From a virus: DNA of 64,000 bases. Shown here one piece after another: positions 9,872-19,650 of this stretch; positions within the stretch are counted from its first letter, which is position 1; each line of letters opens with the position of its first letter. The translations under genes were made by a program, and so were the position numbers. The stretch lies in the IMG/VR virus record IMGVR_UViG_3300044638_007036, positions 18,096 to 82,095 of that record; one strand, written 5' to 3'. The notes under the pieces were generated by a model, which did not search any database, was not told the DNA's origin, and saw only the letters and a program-made list of their open reading frames with translations.

Positions 9872-11293
9872 ATGGCTTTTCAAAAAACACCAGAAGAGAT
9901 AGAAGCAGAGAGAAAACTCCTAGAGGAGAGATATCCAGAATTAGTGGATACTGGAATTGATCCTACTCAAAAAGCTAGAGATGCTATAAAAAGAGTAATT
10001 GGGTCAGGATTCAAACCCGATTCTCCATTAGGACCCGCTACAGAAAGTTTAAGAATGGCTGGAACTCCTAAAGAAGAATTTGAAATGTCTCCAGAAATCA
10101 AAAAATACGGATATGACTTATTCGGTATTAAAGATTTGGCTGGAGATGTAGAACAAGAAATTCCATTTGCCCCTAAAGAAAAAGAAGAAGCTTCAGCGCA
10201 GGAATCTCTTCTTATGGAAGAAGAGGAAAATATAGCTCCCGAAGTTCCAGTTAAAAAGGAATCAAAATCTGCAGAATCCCCTGTACAAATTAAACAACCA
10301 ATTAGAGCTGAGAAAGTTTCGCAAATTGCGGAACCTAGACAAACTCAAGCTGATATAGAAAATTTAATAAAACAAACTGAAGAAGAAGAAGATAGAGCTG
10401 CATTATGGAAGCAATCAGCTAAACTTAGAGATGCTGTAATGGGAGCTGGTCTTGGTAGAATTAAGCAAACAGACGTTAGCATGTATGAAGACCTACAAAA
10501 AAAAGCTCAACGTCCTCTCAGAAATTTACTTTTAAAAGAAGAGTTAGAAGATAAACAACAAAAAAGAGATCCTAATAGTAATATTTCAAAGCTAATGCGT
10601 AAATCATTAGAAGATTTAGGCGTTCGTATGCAAGGTCTTGAAAATATTTCGGCTGCTCAATTAGAAAAACTTTATCCTAATCTAGTAAGTGGTATTACGG
10701 CTAAAATTAATGCTGAAACTAGAAGAGATATTGCGTCGATGTCTAGAGAAGATAGAGCTATTCTTAGGAGAGAAAAAGAAGATTTAAAAAAGGCAGCAGC
10801 GGCTAAACTTTCAGATAGACAATTAACTCCATTAGTAGATGTTGATTCTATTATTGGTAATCTTGATAATGTTATATCTATGGCTAATGAAAAATTTGTA
10901 GGTCCTCTTGATGCAAGAATTCCAGACGTTATGACATCTGGAGAAAATGCAGCTTTTCGCTCTTCTGTTGGAAGAATGGTAGACTCTTATAGAAAAGCAA
11001 TTACGGGAGCTGGAGCAAGTGCGATGGAACTTCAAAAATTAGAAGGAAGACTCCCTCAACCTACAGATACTCTCGAACAATTTAAAGCAAAAGCTTTATC
11101 TTTTAGAAAAGAATTAGTTAGAAATAGAAACACTTATTTACGAACTTTAAAAAAACAAGGTAAGGATGTTAGTGAATGGGAGACTTCGGTAGAGTCTGAA
11201 CAATCCATTACCCCAGAAGAAAGATTGAAAATGCTAGAAGAGCAACTGTCTAAAAATAGTAAGAGACTAGAAGAACTAAAAAGTAAAAGGTAA
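9872..11293 (+). CDS. Putative ejection / DNA-transfer protein
   Basis: Helical charged protein with 'YRKAITGAGASAMELQKL..RLPQPTD' C-terminal segment; synteny. Confidence 0.5.
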   Translation: MAFQKTPEEIEAERKLLEERYPELVDTGIDPTQKARDAIKRVIGSGFKPDSPLGPATESLRMAGTPKEEFEMSPEIKKYGYDLFGIKDLAGDVEQEIPFAPKEKEEASAQESLLMEEEENIAPEVPVKKESKSAESPVQIKQPIRAEKVSQIAEPRQTQADIENLIKQTEEEEDRAALWKQSAKLRDAVMGAGLGRIKQTDVSMYEDLQKKAQRPLRNLLLKEELEDKQQKRDPNSNISKLMRKSLEDLGVRMQGLENISAAQLEKLYPNLVSGITAKINAETRRDIASMSREDRAILRREKEDLKKAAAAKLSDRQLTPLVDVDSIIGNLDNVISMANEKFVGPLDARIPDVMTSGENAAFRSSVGRMVDSYRKAITGAGASAMELQKLEGRLPQPTDTLEQFKAKALSFRKELVRNRNTYLRTLKKQGKDVSEWETSVESEQSITPEERLKMLEEQLSKNSKRLEELKSKR

Positions 11294-11296
11294 TAT

Positions 11297-13450
11297 ATGC
11301 CTCTGAGTCCGCAAGAAGAGCAAGAGTTATTAGATTTAGAAAATCAACAAACTGAGTTATTAACTCAATATGAATCTTTAAAAAAAGAATTTGAAACTCC
11401 AGTTCCAATGGAATCTCAATCAGAAATTGGAATGCCAGAAGCTTTTGCTCGCTCCGCTGCTCAAGCTCTTACTTTTGAAACAGCAGATGAGGCTACTGCA
11501 AGAGCAGAATCCGTACTAACTGGAAAACCTTATGAACAAGCCTTGGAAGAAACGAGAGCAAAATATAAAGCTGCAGAAGAACAGTCCCCTGCTATTTCTT
11601 TGCTAGGAGGAATTGCCGGAGGAGTAGCTCAAGGTCTTGGAGTAGCCGCTCTAACTGGAGGAGCTTCCGCTCCTGTAACAGGTGCTCAAACTTTAAGTAA
11701 AATAGCAAAGCTTGGACAGATAGCAAAAACTGCCCTATTACCTTCAACTCAAAAAGGAGTTTTGAAAAATATAGGATCTTCTGCTTTAGCTGGAGCTACT
11801 TATGGAGGTCTAACTGAAATTGGAGCTTCTGAAAAAGAAGGATTAGAAAGACTGGAAGAAGTTCCTAGATCAATTTTAACTGGCGGTATAGTAGGGGGAG
11901 CTTTTGGAGGAGCAGTAGAAGCAGGTAAAAAAACTATTGGAGCTATTGGTAAGAGTGTAAATAAAGCAATCGACGAAGGAGTACTTCCTTCATCTTTTAG
12001 AAAAATTAGAGATGTAACTAAAGCTGGACTTGAAGGTAAAGGGTACATTTCAGAAAAAGAAATTAAAAGAATAGACGATTCTTTAGAAGATGCGGCAGAA
12101 AAGTCACTTGCTATTATTAATGAAAATAAAAACAACGCTAGAGTACTTAAAAAAACAATAATATCTCAAGTAGATAAGCCAATCGAAATGGACACAACTT
12201 TTGTTCGATTTGCAGATGAACTAGCAGAAGAGGCGAATCAAGGAGTATCAGATGCCACTCCTGCCTTAAATAGATTACAAAAACTAGTAGAAAGTAAATT
12301 ACAACCTGATTCAACTTCTTTAAGTGCGACTGCACTTGATGATATTATAAATAAGTTAGATGACTATGCAGTAGATAATCCAGAAACTTCTGGAAGTGTT
12401 CAGAAAGTTCTTCGTAAGGGTATAAATGAATTAAAATTAAAACTTAGGTTAGCAGTAACTTCTGATGATGTTAATAATGTTTTAAATCAGAATCCAGAAT
12501 TAAAAGAGAATTATTTAAAGTACGTAAAGAACATGTCGGTAGATTCTTTAGAAAATTCTCCCGTACTTTCAGAGTATGAAAAAAAGTTTTTTTCGGGATT
12601 AAAGAAATCTAAAACTGCGCAAGATAAGAAACTAGTCAAAGAAGGAATTTCTCCTGAAGATCAAACTTCTCAAGAATTAGAAGCTGCAATTAAAGAAGTT
12701 TCTAAAAAGAAGAGAGGTCGTCAAGGAATGACACAAGAGCAAAAACAAGAAAGAATTTTAGAGAAATACGGAGAAGAAGGGATCGCAGATATCCTACAAG
12801 AAATTAAAGATATCTCAAAACAAAATCCACTAGGTCAATTAGATAATGTACTTCACCATATATTAAATGCATCTGAAACATTAGGAATAAAAGTAAAAGC
12901 AAGAGATCCTTTGGCTCAAAAATTTAAAATTTTTGATGTATTAAGGGGAAATACTGCAGAAACTGGCACTGGTCAAAAAGCTGTTATGAGGTATCAAGCT
13001 GCTATAGACGAACTAGAGAAAGCTAATCCCGATATTGCAAAACAATTTAGAGAAGTAACGGAACCTGCAATTAAGGAACTTGAAAATAGAAAATTTCTAG
13101 AAGGAACTAGATTGGGAGAAGGTCCTAGAGATCAAGGGGCTTTAAAGACTCTCGTTACTGCCCCAGCAGTAGCTACGGCATTAACTGGTAACTTATTAGC
13201 TCAAGCTACTAAATCAAGTTCAGCTAAGAGCTTAATGCGTCCAAGTGTTCAATTTCTTGAAAGCTTGAAAAATAAAATTGATGATAAAATTGTAGTAGAA
13301 CCTACAAACCCCGTTTTAAAATTTATATCTAAATCTTTAGAAAATGCTTTATCTGAAAAAAATGAAGCTAGAAGAGCCGCAACTTTAAATACTTTAATGC
13401 AATACGAAACCATTAGAAAACTTTTTGAAGAAGAAAAATATGAGCGATGA
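11297..13450 (+). CDS. Putative ejection / DNA-transfer protein
   Basis: 'AFARSAAQALTFETADE' N-terminal segment plus Gly/Ala hydrophobic stretches, as in podovirus ejection proteins. Confidence 0.55.
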   Translation: MPLSPQEEQELLDLENQQTELLTQYESLKKEFETPVPMESQSEIGMPEAFARSAAQALTFETADEATARAESVLTGKPYEQALEETRAKYKAAEEQSPAISLLGGIAGGVAQGLGVAALTGGASAPVTGAQTLSKIAKLGQIAKTALLPSTQKGVLKNIGSSALAGATYGGLTEIGASEKEGLERLEEVPRSILTGGIVGGAFGGAVEAGKKTIGAIGKSVNKAIDEGVLPSSFRKIRDVTKAGLEGKGYISEKEIKRIDDSLEDAAEKSLAIINENKNNARVLKKTIISQVDKPIEMDTTFVRFADELAEEANQGVSDATPALNRLQKLVESKLQPDSTSLSATALDDIINKLDDYAVDNPETSGSVQKVLRKGINELKLKLRLAVTSDDVNNVLNQNPELKENYLKYVKNMSVDSLENSPVLSEYEKKFFSGLKKSKTAQDKKLVKEGISPEDQTSQELEAAIKEVSKKKRGRQGMTQEQKQERILEKYGEEGIADILQEIKDISKQNPLGQLDNVLHHILNASETLGIKVKARDPLAQKFKIFDVLRGNTAETGTGQKAVMRYQAAIDELEKANPDIAKQFREVTEPAIKELENRKFLEGTRLGEGPRDQGALKTLVTAPAVATALTGNLLAQATKSSSAKSLMRPSVQFLESLKNKIDDKIVVEPTNPVLKFISKSLENALSEKNEARRAATLNTLMQYETIRKLFEEEKYER

Positions 13451-13769
13451 TAAATTAAACAAGATCGAAGAGAAAATTGATAAGATTAACGAAAAGTTAA
13501 ATGAGATTCATGTTACTTTAGCAGAGAATACTCAATCTCTAATCGTACACGAAAAGAGAACGGATCTTGCAGAACAAAAATTAGAATTGCTTGAATTAGA
13601 ACTTAAAGAAAGAGCTGAGATAAGTTCTGATGCTGTTAAAGAAATCTCTAAAAGAATAGAACCCATCCATGATCATGTGATAGTAGTTAGTGCTGTGGTA
13701 AAATATGTTATACCAGCTATATGTACAGTATTAGCTTTCTTCTATAAGTTTAATATTCTTAAATTTTGA
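13440..13769 (+). CDS. Coiled-coil protein with C-terminal TM helix (holin/XhlA-like)
   Basis: ATG 13440; coiled coil, then 'VIVVSAVVKYVIPAICTVLAFF'; last gene of the late operon; overlaps the convergent gene by 39 bp. Confidence 0.5.
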   Translation: MSDDKLNKIEEKIDKINEKLNEIHVTLAENTQSLIVHEKRTDLAEQKLELLELELKERAEISSDAVKEISKRIEPIHDHVIVVSAVVKYVIPAICTVLAFFYKFNILKF

Positions 13770-14315
13770 CAGTAGCATTTTACCATAATTAGATTCTGCT
13801 AATTTTTTATCAGCACTAGTCTTTGGATTTTTGCATTTTTTGTAATCTTCGAACATCTCTTCTGATAAGACTTCCTCGACTTCCTGATAGGAACCATTAA
13901 ATTCATCATAAAGCTTATCACTGATAGCATTTGAAAACTCTACCATAGAGTCAATATCGGTTAAACTGTCTATGAAAGAACTAATATCTTCGCACCGAAA
14001 TGTTCTACCTGTAGCATTTGAGATAGTTAATCCACACCTATTTCTAGTATTATTTCTTGAGTAACATTCTCTACGTTCTTCTACGGTACTGTGAAAATTA
14101 TCTCTACTATAGTCACCTTCTTCTGTTTTTTTAAAAGCTCCACTTACATACTCAGCCATGAACTGATTCATGAATTTAAGCTCTGCGTCATCTAGTTTTT
14201 TAAGATAGTCCATGTCTAATACTTCAAATCTGGTCTTTGCATTTAATCTTGGATTCAAAGCAGGGTACTTATCTAAACCTCTTTTCTTTTTGATATTTTC
14301 TTTTTTCTTTGACAT
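13731..14315 (-). CDS. Hypothetical protein
   Basis: ORF with RBS AGGAG; last gene of the minus-strand block. Confidence 0.7.
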   Translation of the reverse strand: MSKKKENIKKKRGLDKYPALNPRLNAKTRFEVLDMDYLKKLDDAELKFMNQFMAEYVSGAFKKTEEGDYSRDNFHSTVEERRECYSRNNTRNRCGLTISNATGRTFRCEDISSFIDSLTDIDSMVEFSNAISDKLYDEFNGSYQEVEEVLSEEMFEDYKKCKNPKTSADKKLAESNYGKMLLSKFKNIKLIEES

Positions 14316-14616
14316 AATCTCCTACAACTTTGTTTAAATCAATATTACAATCATTTTTATTAATATAAAACCAATCTTTATCTTTTTTAGTTAACCTTAT
14401 TATATCATAAAATATAGATAAGCTTACTGGATCAATCGACCATTTTTTATAATGGGCATATAGGTGTCTTTTATATATCTTGAAAGAACCATCTGTTATT
14501 CGGTGAGTTTCTTGATAATAGGCAACATCAAATCTCTCTTCGGATTCTTCTGCGCTTTCTTGTAGAGCTAATTCTATTAATTGCTCATCTGTAAGTCTTG
14601 ACGACTCCATATCCAA
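14269..14616 (-). CDS. Hypothetical protein
   Basis: ORF in a tightly overlapped operon. Confidence 0.6.
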   Translation of the reverse strand: MDMESSRLTDEQLIELALQESAEESEERFDVAYYQETHRITDGSFKIYKRHLYAHYKKWSIDPVSLSIFYDIIRLTKKDKDWFYINKNDCNIDLNKVVGDYVKEKRKYQKEKRFR

Positions 14617-14956
14617 TAAGTCCTGTGATTAATGCTCCTGATATAAAATATAAAGAGTTTTTTAAAAAAGTATTATTTTCATTCTTAACTTCTCGATCCG
14701 CAAATTCTCTAGCTTTATTTTGATAAAGCTCTAATCTCTTATTCAGAATGTCTATTTCGCTTTCACTTAGCTCATTTAATTTTTTTAGAGTCACTATCTT
14801 TTTTTCAGAAGCTTCTAAATCATTACGTACTTCTTTTTCCTTTTCTTTTGTAAAAAGAACTCCGTCAAAAGGAACAGTCTCCCCCTTCTTTACAACTTTA
14901 ACTTCCTCTGCTAAAGATAAGTTACAAGCTAGTAGCAAACACAATAGGAGTTTCAT
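14585..14956 (-). CDS. Signal peptide + coiled coil + C-terminal TM protein (spanin-like candidate)
   Basis: 'MKLLLCLLLAC' hydrophobic leader with a possible lipobox; C-terminal 'LYFISGALITGLIGYGVV'. Confidence 0.5.
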   Translation of the reverse strand: MKLLLCLLLACNLSLAEEVKVVKKGETVPFDGVLFTKEKEKEVRNDLEASEKKIVTLKKLNELSESEIDILNKRLELYQNKAREFADREVKNENNTFLKNSLYFISGALITGLIGYGVVKTYR

Positions 14957-15210
14957 TTTTTACCCTTATTCCAGTAGTCTTCTATATCTTTATCAGAAAG
15001 ATCTTTCATCACTGTTTTATCAACTTCTTTTAGAAACTTATCTAACTCTTTTTTAGATTGCTTAATTGCTTCCTGTTTTGTTTCTAACTTAGCATCTTTA
15101 ACTTCAATGTCATGTATCTTTTTGTCAGATTTCAATTTTTTATTTTCTTTTATAATAAGTAAAATTGCAGCCCCAACACCTGTTGCTAGGGCTATTAATA
15201 TTTCAGTCAT
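14953..15210 (-). CDS. N-terminal TM + coiled-coil protein (i-spanin-like candidate)
   Basis: 'ILIALATGVGAAILLII' followed by a charged coiled coil. Confidence 0.45.
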   Translation of the reverse strand: MTEILIALATGVGAAILLIIKENKKLKSDKKIHDIEVKDAKLETKQEAIKQSKKELDKFLKEVDKTVMKDLSDKDIEDYWNKGKK

Positions 15211-15960
15211 TTAAGGCTCCAAGTTTCTTCTACCCTCTAAGTATTCCATAATTTTATCAGTATCTTGATTCTGTTCGATAAGAGGTTCTGTTAATAATGG
15301 ACATTTAGAAAGTTTAACTTTAAAAGAAAAAATAAAAGATTGTACGGTTTTTTCTACCAACCCATCTAAACTAGCATCACACTTCAAAGACACTACTTCA
15401 TCTGCAAATCTATCTTCGATAGCATTAGTACCAACAGCATAGTATTCATCTCTAATCAATTCCGCATAACTACTTTTAGTATACTTACCATTAGTACGAG
15501 AAATGACTTGCTCATCCATCTTTTCTACAAGATCGATTACGTGTTTTAATCTAGAACTAACCTGTTGTGGAATATCTCCTTGAAATCCTCCACTAGCTCT
15601 ATGAGACATTAACGTGGCATACTTTGTAACGTATCGTCTAGGACTATTTTGTAAGATGTGGAAACCCATACTCGCAGCATACTTAGCTATAGAAAATACA
15701 GGTCTTCTTAGTTTATTCATAAATTCAATTAAATCTAATCCAGCTAAAACACTTCCTCCCGGAGTATTGAGAATTAAATAGATAGGCTCATTAGTTTCTC
15801 CTTCCTTTGCTAAAGCGTTAAGCTCATGCATAACTTCCCCAACAGATTCTCTAGTTACTGGACCCCTTAGAGTCACTGTATTTTTACTGGTTAGTAGAAT
15901 TTCTTTTTCAGCAGCTAACAAATTAAAAGAAAGTAAAATTAAAAACAAAAACAGTTTCAT
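15211..15960 (-). CDS. ClpP/crotonase-fold serine protease with signal peptide
   Basis: 'IYLILNTPGGSV', 'AASMG' (catalytic Ser), 'LMSH' (His); leader 'MKLFLFLILLSFNLLA'. Confidence 0.85.
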   Translation of the reverse strand: MKLFLFLILLSFNLLAAEKEILLTSKNTVTLRGPVTRESVGEVMHELNALAKEGETNEPIYLILNTPGGSVLAGLDLIEFMNKLRRPVFSIAKYAASMGFHILQNSPRRYVTKYATLMSHRASGGFQGDIPQQVSSRLKHVIDLVEKMDEQVISRTNGKYTKSSYAELIRDEYYAVGTNAIEDRFADEVVSLKCDASLDGLVEKTVQSFIFSFKVKLSKCPLLTEPLIEQNQDTDKIMEYLEGRRNLEP

Positions 15961-16463
15961 TATAACCCCTTAGGTATAAGCTGAAATTTATAAGGATTTG
16001 TAAATAATTCCCTATCATAAAATTCCTGCGTAGATTTATTATAACATCTTTGTGATGGTTCTATATAAGGATGCATTATGCTCATCGGACAATAAGTAGG
16101 GAAATCAAATGAATTTTCAACATGCTCTCTTCTTAGAAGACAGTGCCCCCATTCATGATATAACAGGAGTTTACGGCTATTATTATCTAAATATTGCCAA
16201 GACCTTCTAGAGATTACAACAAGATTGAGGTGTGGCATACAGTATCCCAATTGTCCTTGAGCAGTACTGTTGCTAAAAATAGTAACTAATCGATAGTAGT
16301 CTATTTTTACATCGTGCTTTTTTGAATCTTTGTCGAAGGATTTTGCGTAGTCTTGAAATTCTGGATCTATGTAGACAGGCTTATTAAAAACTTTACTATA
16401 GAATAAAGGAACAGCTAAAAAGCAGTTTAAAGTAAAAAAAGTTATAATCATAAGTCGTATCAC
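15960..16463 (-). CDS. Membrane-anchored or secreted metzincin-like Zn metallopeptidase
   Basis: 'HEWGHCLLRREH' (HExxHxxxxxxH) plus 'SIMHP' Met-turn; hydrophobic N-terminus. Confidence 0.75.
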   Translation of the reverse strand: MIRLMIITFFTLNCFLAVPLFYSKVFNKPVYIDPEFQDYAKSFDKDSKKHDVKIDYYRLVTIFSNSTAQGQLGYCMPHLNLVVISRRSWQYLDNNSRKLLLYHEWGHCLLRREHVENSFDFPTYCPMSIMHPYIEPSQRCYNKSTQEFYDRELFTNPYKFQLIPKGL

Positions 16464-16852
16464 AAATCTAGTTTCCCATCTTTATCTTTGTAGTATTGTA
16501 ACACAGCTTTCTCTTTTTTCAAAATTTTTCGTTTAGCATTTTCTTCTTTTGTTTTTTTATCGTGACATTCTTTGCAAATTGCCTGAAATCCATCTGCTTC
16601 ACAGAATAATCTTTTTACAACATCATCCCAATCTTTAAACCCCTCGACTGGAATTACTGGATTAATATGATCTATTTTTATATCTTTAGTTTGTGTTATT
16701 TTTTTACACAAATTACAAGTGTACATTCCTCTAGCAATTCGAGCTTTCTTTAAACATTCCCGAGCAGGTTCCCAAAATCTAGAAATCTTTCTCAGTCCAG
16801 ACATAAGCCATGATCTAAATTTTTTATGGTTAGGACTCGTTATCTCTTTCAT
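16460..16852 (-). CDS. HNH endonuclease
   Basis: CxxC...'IDHINPV'...'QAICKECHDKKT'. Confidence 0.8.
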   Translation of the reverse strand: MKEITSPNHKKFRSWLMSGLRKISRFWEPARECLKKARIARGMYTCNLCKKITQTKDIKIDHINPVIPVEGFKDWDDVVKRLFCEADGFQAICKECHDKKTKEENAKRKILKKEKAVLQYYKDKDGKLDL

Positions 16853-17204
16853 TTTTTATAACCTTTCTATATTTACAATCGCCGCACAAAAGTATTCTTC
16901 CCATTATTGGAACACTTATATTTTTTACGTCGGAAGATCCGCATTTTTCACACTTGTTACCTTTCTTTATTTCCTGTAAAGTAGAACCTTTCTTAACTCC
17001 ATCAATAATATTCTCTACTGAAATATTGTCAGTATTACCTTTCAAGTAAGTTGAAGTCTGACTAAATGCTTCGTGTAAAGTCGCCACTTCTGACTTTAAT
17101 CTTTCATTATCTCTTTTTAACCTTCTATTTGCAGCTTTTAATTCTTTAATCGTCTGTTCATTCTCTTCCTGTATTCTTACATCTTTAGCACGTTTTCTGC
17201 CCAT
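16830..17204 (-). CDS. Coiled-coil + C-terminal Zn-ribbon protein
   Basis: CEKC...CGDC. Confidence 0.65.
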   Translation of the reverse strand: MGRKRAKDVRIQEENEQTIKELKAANRRLKRDNERLKSEVATLHEAFSQTSTYLKGNTDNISVENIIDGVKKGSTLQEIKKGNKCEKCGSSDVKNISVPIMGRILLCGDCKYRKVIKNERDNES

Positions 17205-17212
17205 CTGTACCT

Positions 17213-17575
17213 CTAGTCAGAGTATTTAAAAACAATTCCTTCAGGACTCTGTAGATTACCGTCTATTAGTATATCATGAAAAAACATGATTCTATCAAGC
17301 AAAGTACAGGTTGTTATAGTAGGAGTCAATTCTTCTGTAACAAAAATGTTGTCCCATAATTCCGGTATTTTAAATCCATCCGTTGTTCTTATTTTGGTTC
17401 TAGTAGACATATGAAATGTAATGTTATTAGAAGCTCTATAATACATAGGATAACAGCTAACTATCATAATACTCTTAACCGGAAAATAAACTCCACCCTC
17501 ACACAAAAGTAAGTCTCCTACTTTTACATCGTTTAATTTTTTTATTTTACCGTTTTCTATTACTCGCAATTGCAT
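17213..17575 (-). CDS. Standalone degenerate Hint (intein-like) domain protein
   Basis: 'NGKIKKLNDVKVGDLLL', 'RTTDGF', 'FHDILIDGNL..EGIV' follow Hint block patterns; catalytic residues absent. Confidence 0.55.
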   Translation of the reverse strand: MQLRVIENGKIKKLNDVKVGDLLLCEGGVYFPVKSIMIVSCYPMYYRASNNITFHMSTRTKIRTTDGFKIPELWDNIFVTEELTPTITTCTLLDRIMFFHDILIDGNLQSPEGIVFKYSD

Positions 17576-18215
17576 CTTTCACTACCGTATACCACATGCA
17601 TATCTCTGACTGAAGTGCTGTGATAGTAGAAACATTATTAATAATCACATCATAATCAGATTCTTCCCCGAGTTGATTTTCACTAATATGTCCATCTTTA
17701 GATTCAAATCCCGGACGATTTACTAAAACTAATACGGCTCCTAACCCTCTAAGAAAGTCTCTTTCATTTTGAAATCTAGCATCTGTTATTACAATGTTAC
17801 CATAGTCATTCTCTATGTTCTTTTTGACGTAAGATAGCCAAATGTCGTCCTTAATAAAATTTCTACAAATATCTGTCCCAACCACCTGAAGAGCATCCCT
17901 AATAGTTGAAAGCTTCTTATCTCTAAATTGTGAATTAATTTGTTCAATATGGAATTCAGTAACATTGAAACCATCCTCTGTTAATATTTTAAATAAAGTA
18001 TTCAAGTGAATATCTGTTAGTACGATAGGTAATTCAAAAGGTTTTTCTTTTTTAAAAGGATCGTCCATATCCTGCCTATTTATTTCAAAAATAACAGAGC
18101 AGATTGTTTTAAGTCTATCAGCCAATCCTATTCTTTTAAATCCACAAGTACGCATTAATCCTTCAGCGGCACTATCTTTTCCAGCAAATTTAACTCCCGA
18201 GAAAGCTACAATCAT
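17547..18215 (-). CDS. Deoxynucleoside monophosphate kinase
   Basis: P-loop 'FSGVKFAGKDS', 'LADRLK', 'RDALQVVGTD', 'ITDARFQNE', 'HISE'. Confidence 0.9.
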   Translation of the reverse strand: MIVAFSGVKFAGKDSAAEGLMRTCGFKRIGLADRLKTICSVIFEINRQDMDDPFKKEKPFELPIVLTDIHLNTLFKILTEDGFNVTEFHIEQINSQFRDKKLSTIRDALQVVGTDICRNFIKDDIWLSYVKKNIENDYGNIVITDARFQNERDFLRGLGAVLVLVNRPGFESKDGHISENQLGEESDYDVIINNVSTITALQSEICMWYTVVKDAIASNRKR

Positions 18216-18622
18216 TAATCCTCCCTATAGAATTTACCAATTCGTAATTCATCTTCTTCCGAAGTGTACCCATCTTTTTTTAATTTTACCATAAAAATAG
18301 CTAAAATTTCACACTCTAACATTTTATGTTCTGGAGTATGTTCCCAATAAATTAAGTGCGAAAGTTCATGTGCTAGATATTGTAGCAGATCTAGAGTTGA
18401 GTATTGTTTTATTTTATCTGATGGTAAATCATGATAAGTCAAGTATAAAGTTATACGGTAAGATTTTTTATCAAAGTATGTAATAAGTCCATGACAGTGT
18501 TGCCATCTTTCTCTATTACCTTTTTTAGAAGATATTTTTTTTAAATGTTTTACTTTTGGAACCAAGTGTTCCACTTTATCAATATATTCTCTGACCCATT
18601 CAAGTTCTTTCGTAATTTTCAT
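18215..18622 (-). CDS. HEXXH Zn metallopeptidase-like (WLM/YgjP/SprT-type)
   Basis: 'LAHELSHLIYWEHTPEH'. Confidence 0.65.
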   Translation of the reverse strand: MKITKELEWVREYIDKVEHLVPKVKHLKKISSKKGNRERWQHCHGLITYFDKKSYRITLYLTYHDLPSDKIKQYSTLDLLQYLAHELSHLIYWEHTPEHKMLECEILAIFMVKLKKDGYTSEEDELRIGKFYRED

Positions 18623-18630
18623 TAGAGCAC

Positions 18631-19440
18631 CTATTTTTTAATAATATCATATGCTCTCAAAGCTGAAGTAACATTTTCATTTTTAATAAAATCCGCTAAC
18701 TGTAAAAATAATTCTTCTAAAGATAGAACATCATATTTATTATAAGTCTCCATGGATTTCCATGCTTTTAAATTTCCTTTAATACATTCATCCCAAAGTT
18801 TAAATCCCTTAAAATCAGAATGATCTTGCTTTTTATATTTTGTATTTAACTTAGCTGTCATGTAAGCAAGCTTATGAGAAGTAAATCCAAATCTTTTAGC
18901 CATCTTATAAGTGTCGATTGACTTGAATTCGCTAGGGCATCCCATCTTATGGTGGATAAATCTTGCATTTAGTTTGGGTAAATCAAATCTATCCGAGTTC
19001 TGACCTACTATAATGTCAGCTTCGTCCATCAACTTCCATAGAGGCTTCAAAAGCTCCTTATCATTAACCAAAGCATTACCCTTTTTTTTACGATTATCTC
19101 TGTAAATGACTTCCGACTCAGGAGAGTTAGCCCATTTTGCAGACCATGATAATACTGACCAATCTTCTATTAGCATTTCTAAGGGAATATTCTGATCGAA
19201 CGTGCCCCATACCCAAGCTTTCAAGGGTTTAGTCTCAATGTCTACATATAAAACTTTAGGAACATCTTTTTCGATATGTCTTGCATGGCGTTCGATCTTT
19301 CGTCGCATAGAATATTCGGTGATGTTAGTAAAAAACTTGCGATTAAATAGTCTAGTAATAGTTCTTCTACTTTTTCCTTTTTTATATTGGTTAACAATAA
19401 AAGTTACTTGAGCATTGCTTAGTTCTTGTTTCACGTTCAC
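18631..19440 (-). CDS. RNase H-fold 3'-5' exonuclease (DEDD) with N-terminal HTH-like region
   Basis: 'VDIET', 'GQNSDRFDLP', 'IDTY', 'YNKYDV'. Confidence 0.85.
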   Translation of the reverse strand: MNVKQELSNAQVTFIVNQYKKGKSRRTITRLFNRKFFTNITEYSMRRKIERHARHIEKDVPKVLYVDIETKPLKAWVWGTFDQNIPLEMLIEDWSVLSWSAKWANSPESEVIYRDNRKKKGNALVNDKELLKPLWKLMDEADIIVGQNSDRFDLPKLNARFIHHKMGCPSEFKSIDTYKMAKRFGFTSHKLAYMTAKLNTKYKKQDHSDFKGFKLWDECIKGNLKAWKSMETYNKYDVLSLEELFLQLADFIKNENVTSALRAYDIIKK

Positions 19441-19650
19441 CTACTGAGTTAGTTTCGTTGTATTATTATAAGATTCACGACAGTACATAAGATAGAAAGC
19501 TATGGACATCATCACTACTCTCTCTAATGATTCTCTTTGTTCCAAGTCTAAATGAGGAATCTGGAGTTCTTCTTGTAAAATCTCTACAGTTTTTGTAACA
19601 GATTCATCATCTAAAGAGATCGTACCTAAAGATCTTCCATTATTATTCAT
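19441..19650 (-). CDS. Hypothetical protein
   Basis: ORF abutting both neighbours. Confidence 0.55.
   Translation of the reverse strand: MNNNGRSLGTISLDDESVTKTVEILQEELQIPHLDLEQRESLERVVMMSIAFYLMYCRESYNNTTKLTQ

Noticed and set aside
1364-12335. Minus-strand ORFs inside the structural genes (1364, 2602, 3063, 3939, 4815, 6287, 8375, 8728, 9042, 10832, 11800, 12147)
   Set aside because: Antisense shadows of long, well-supported + strand genes; no recognisable motifs
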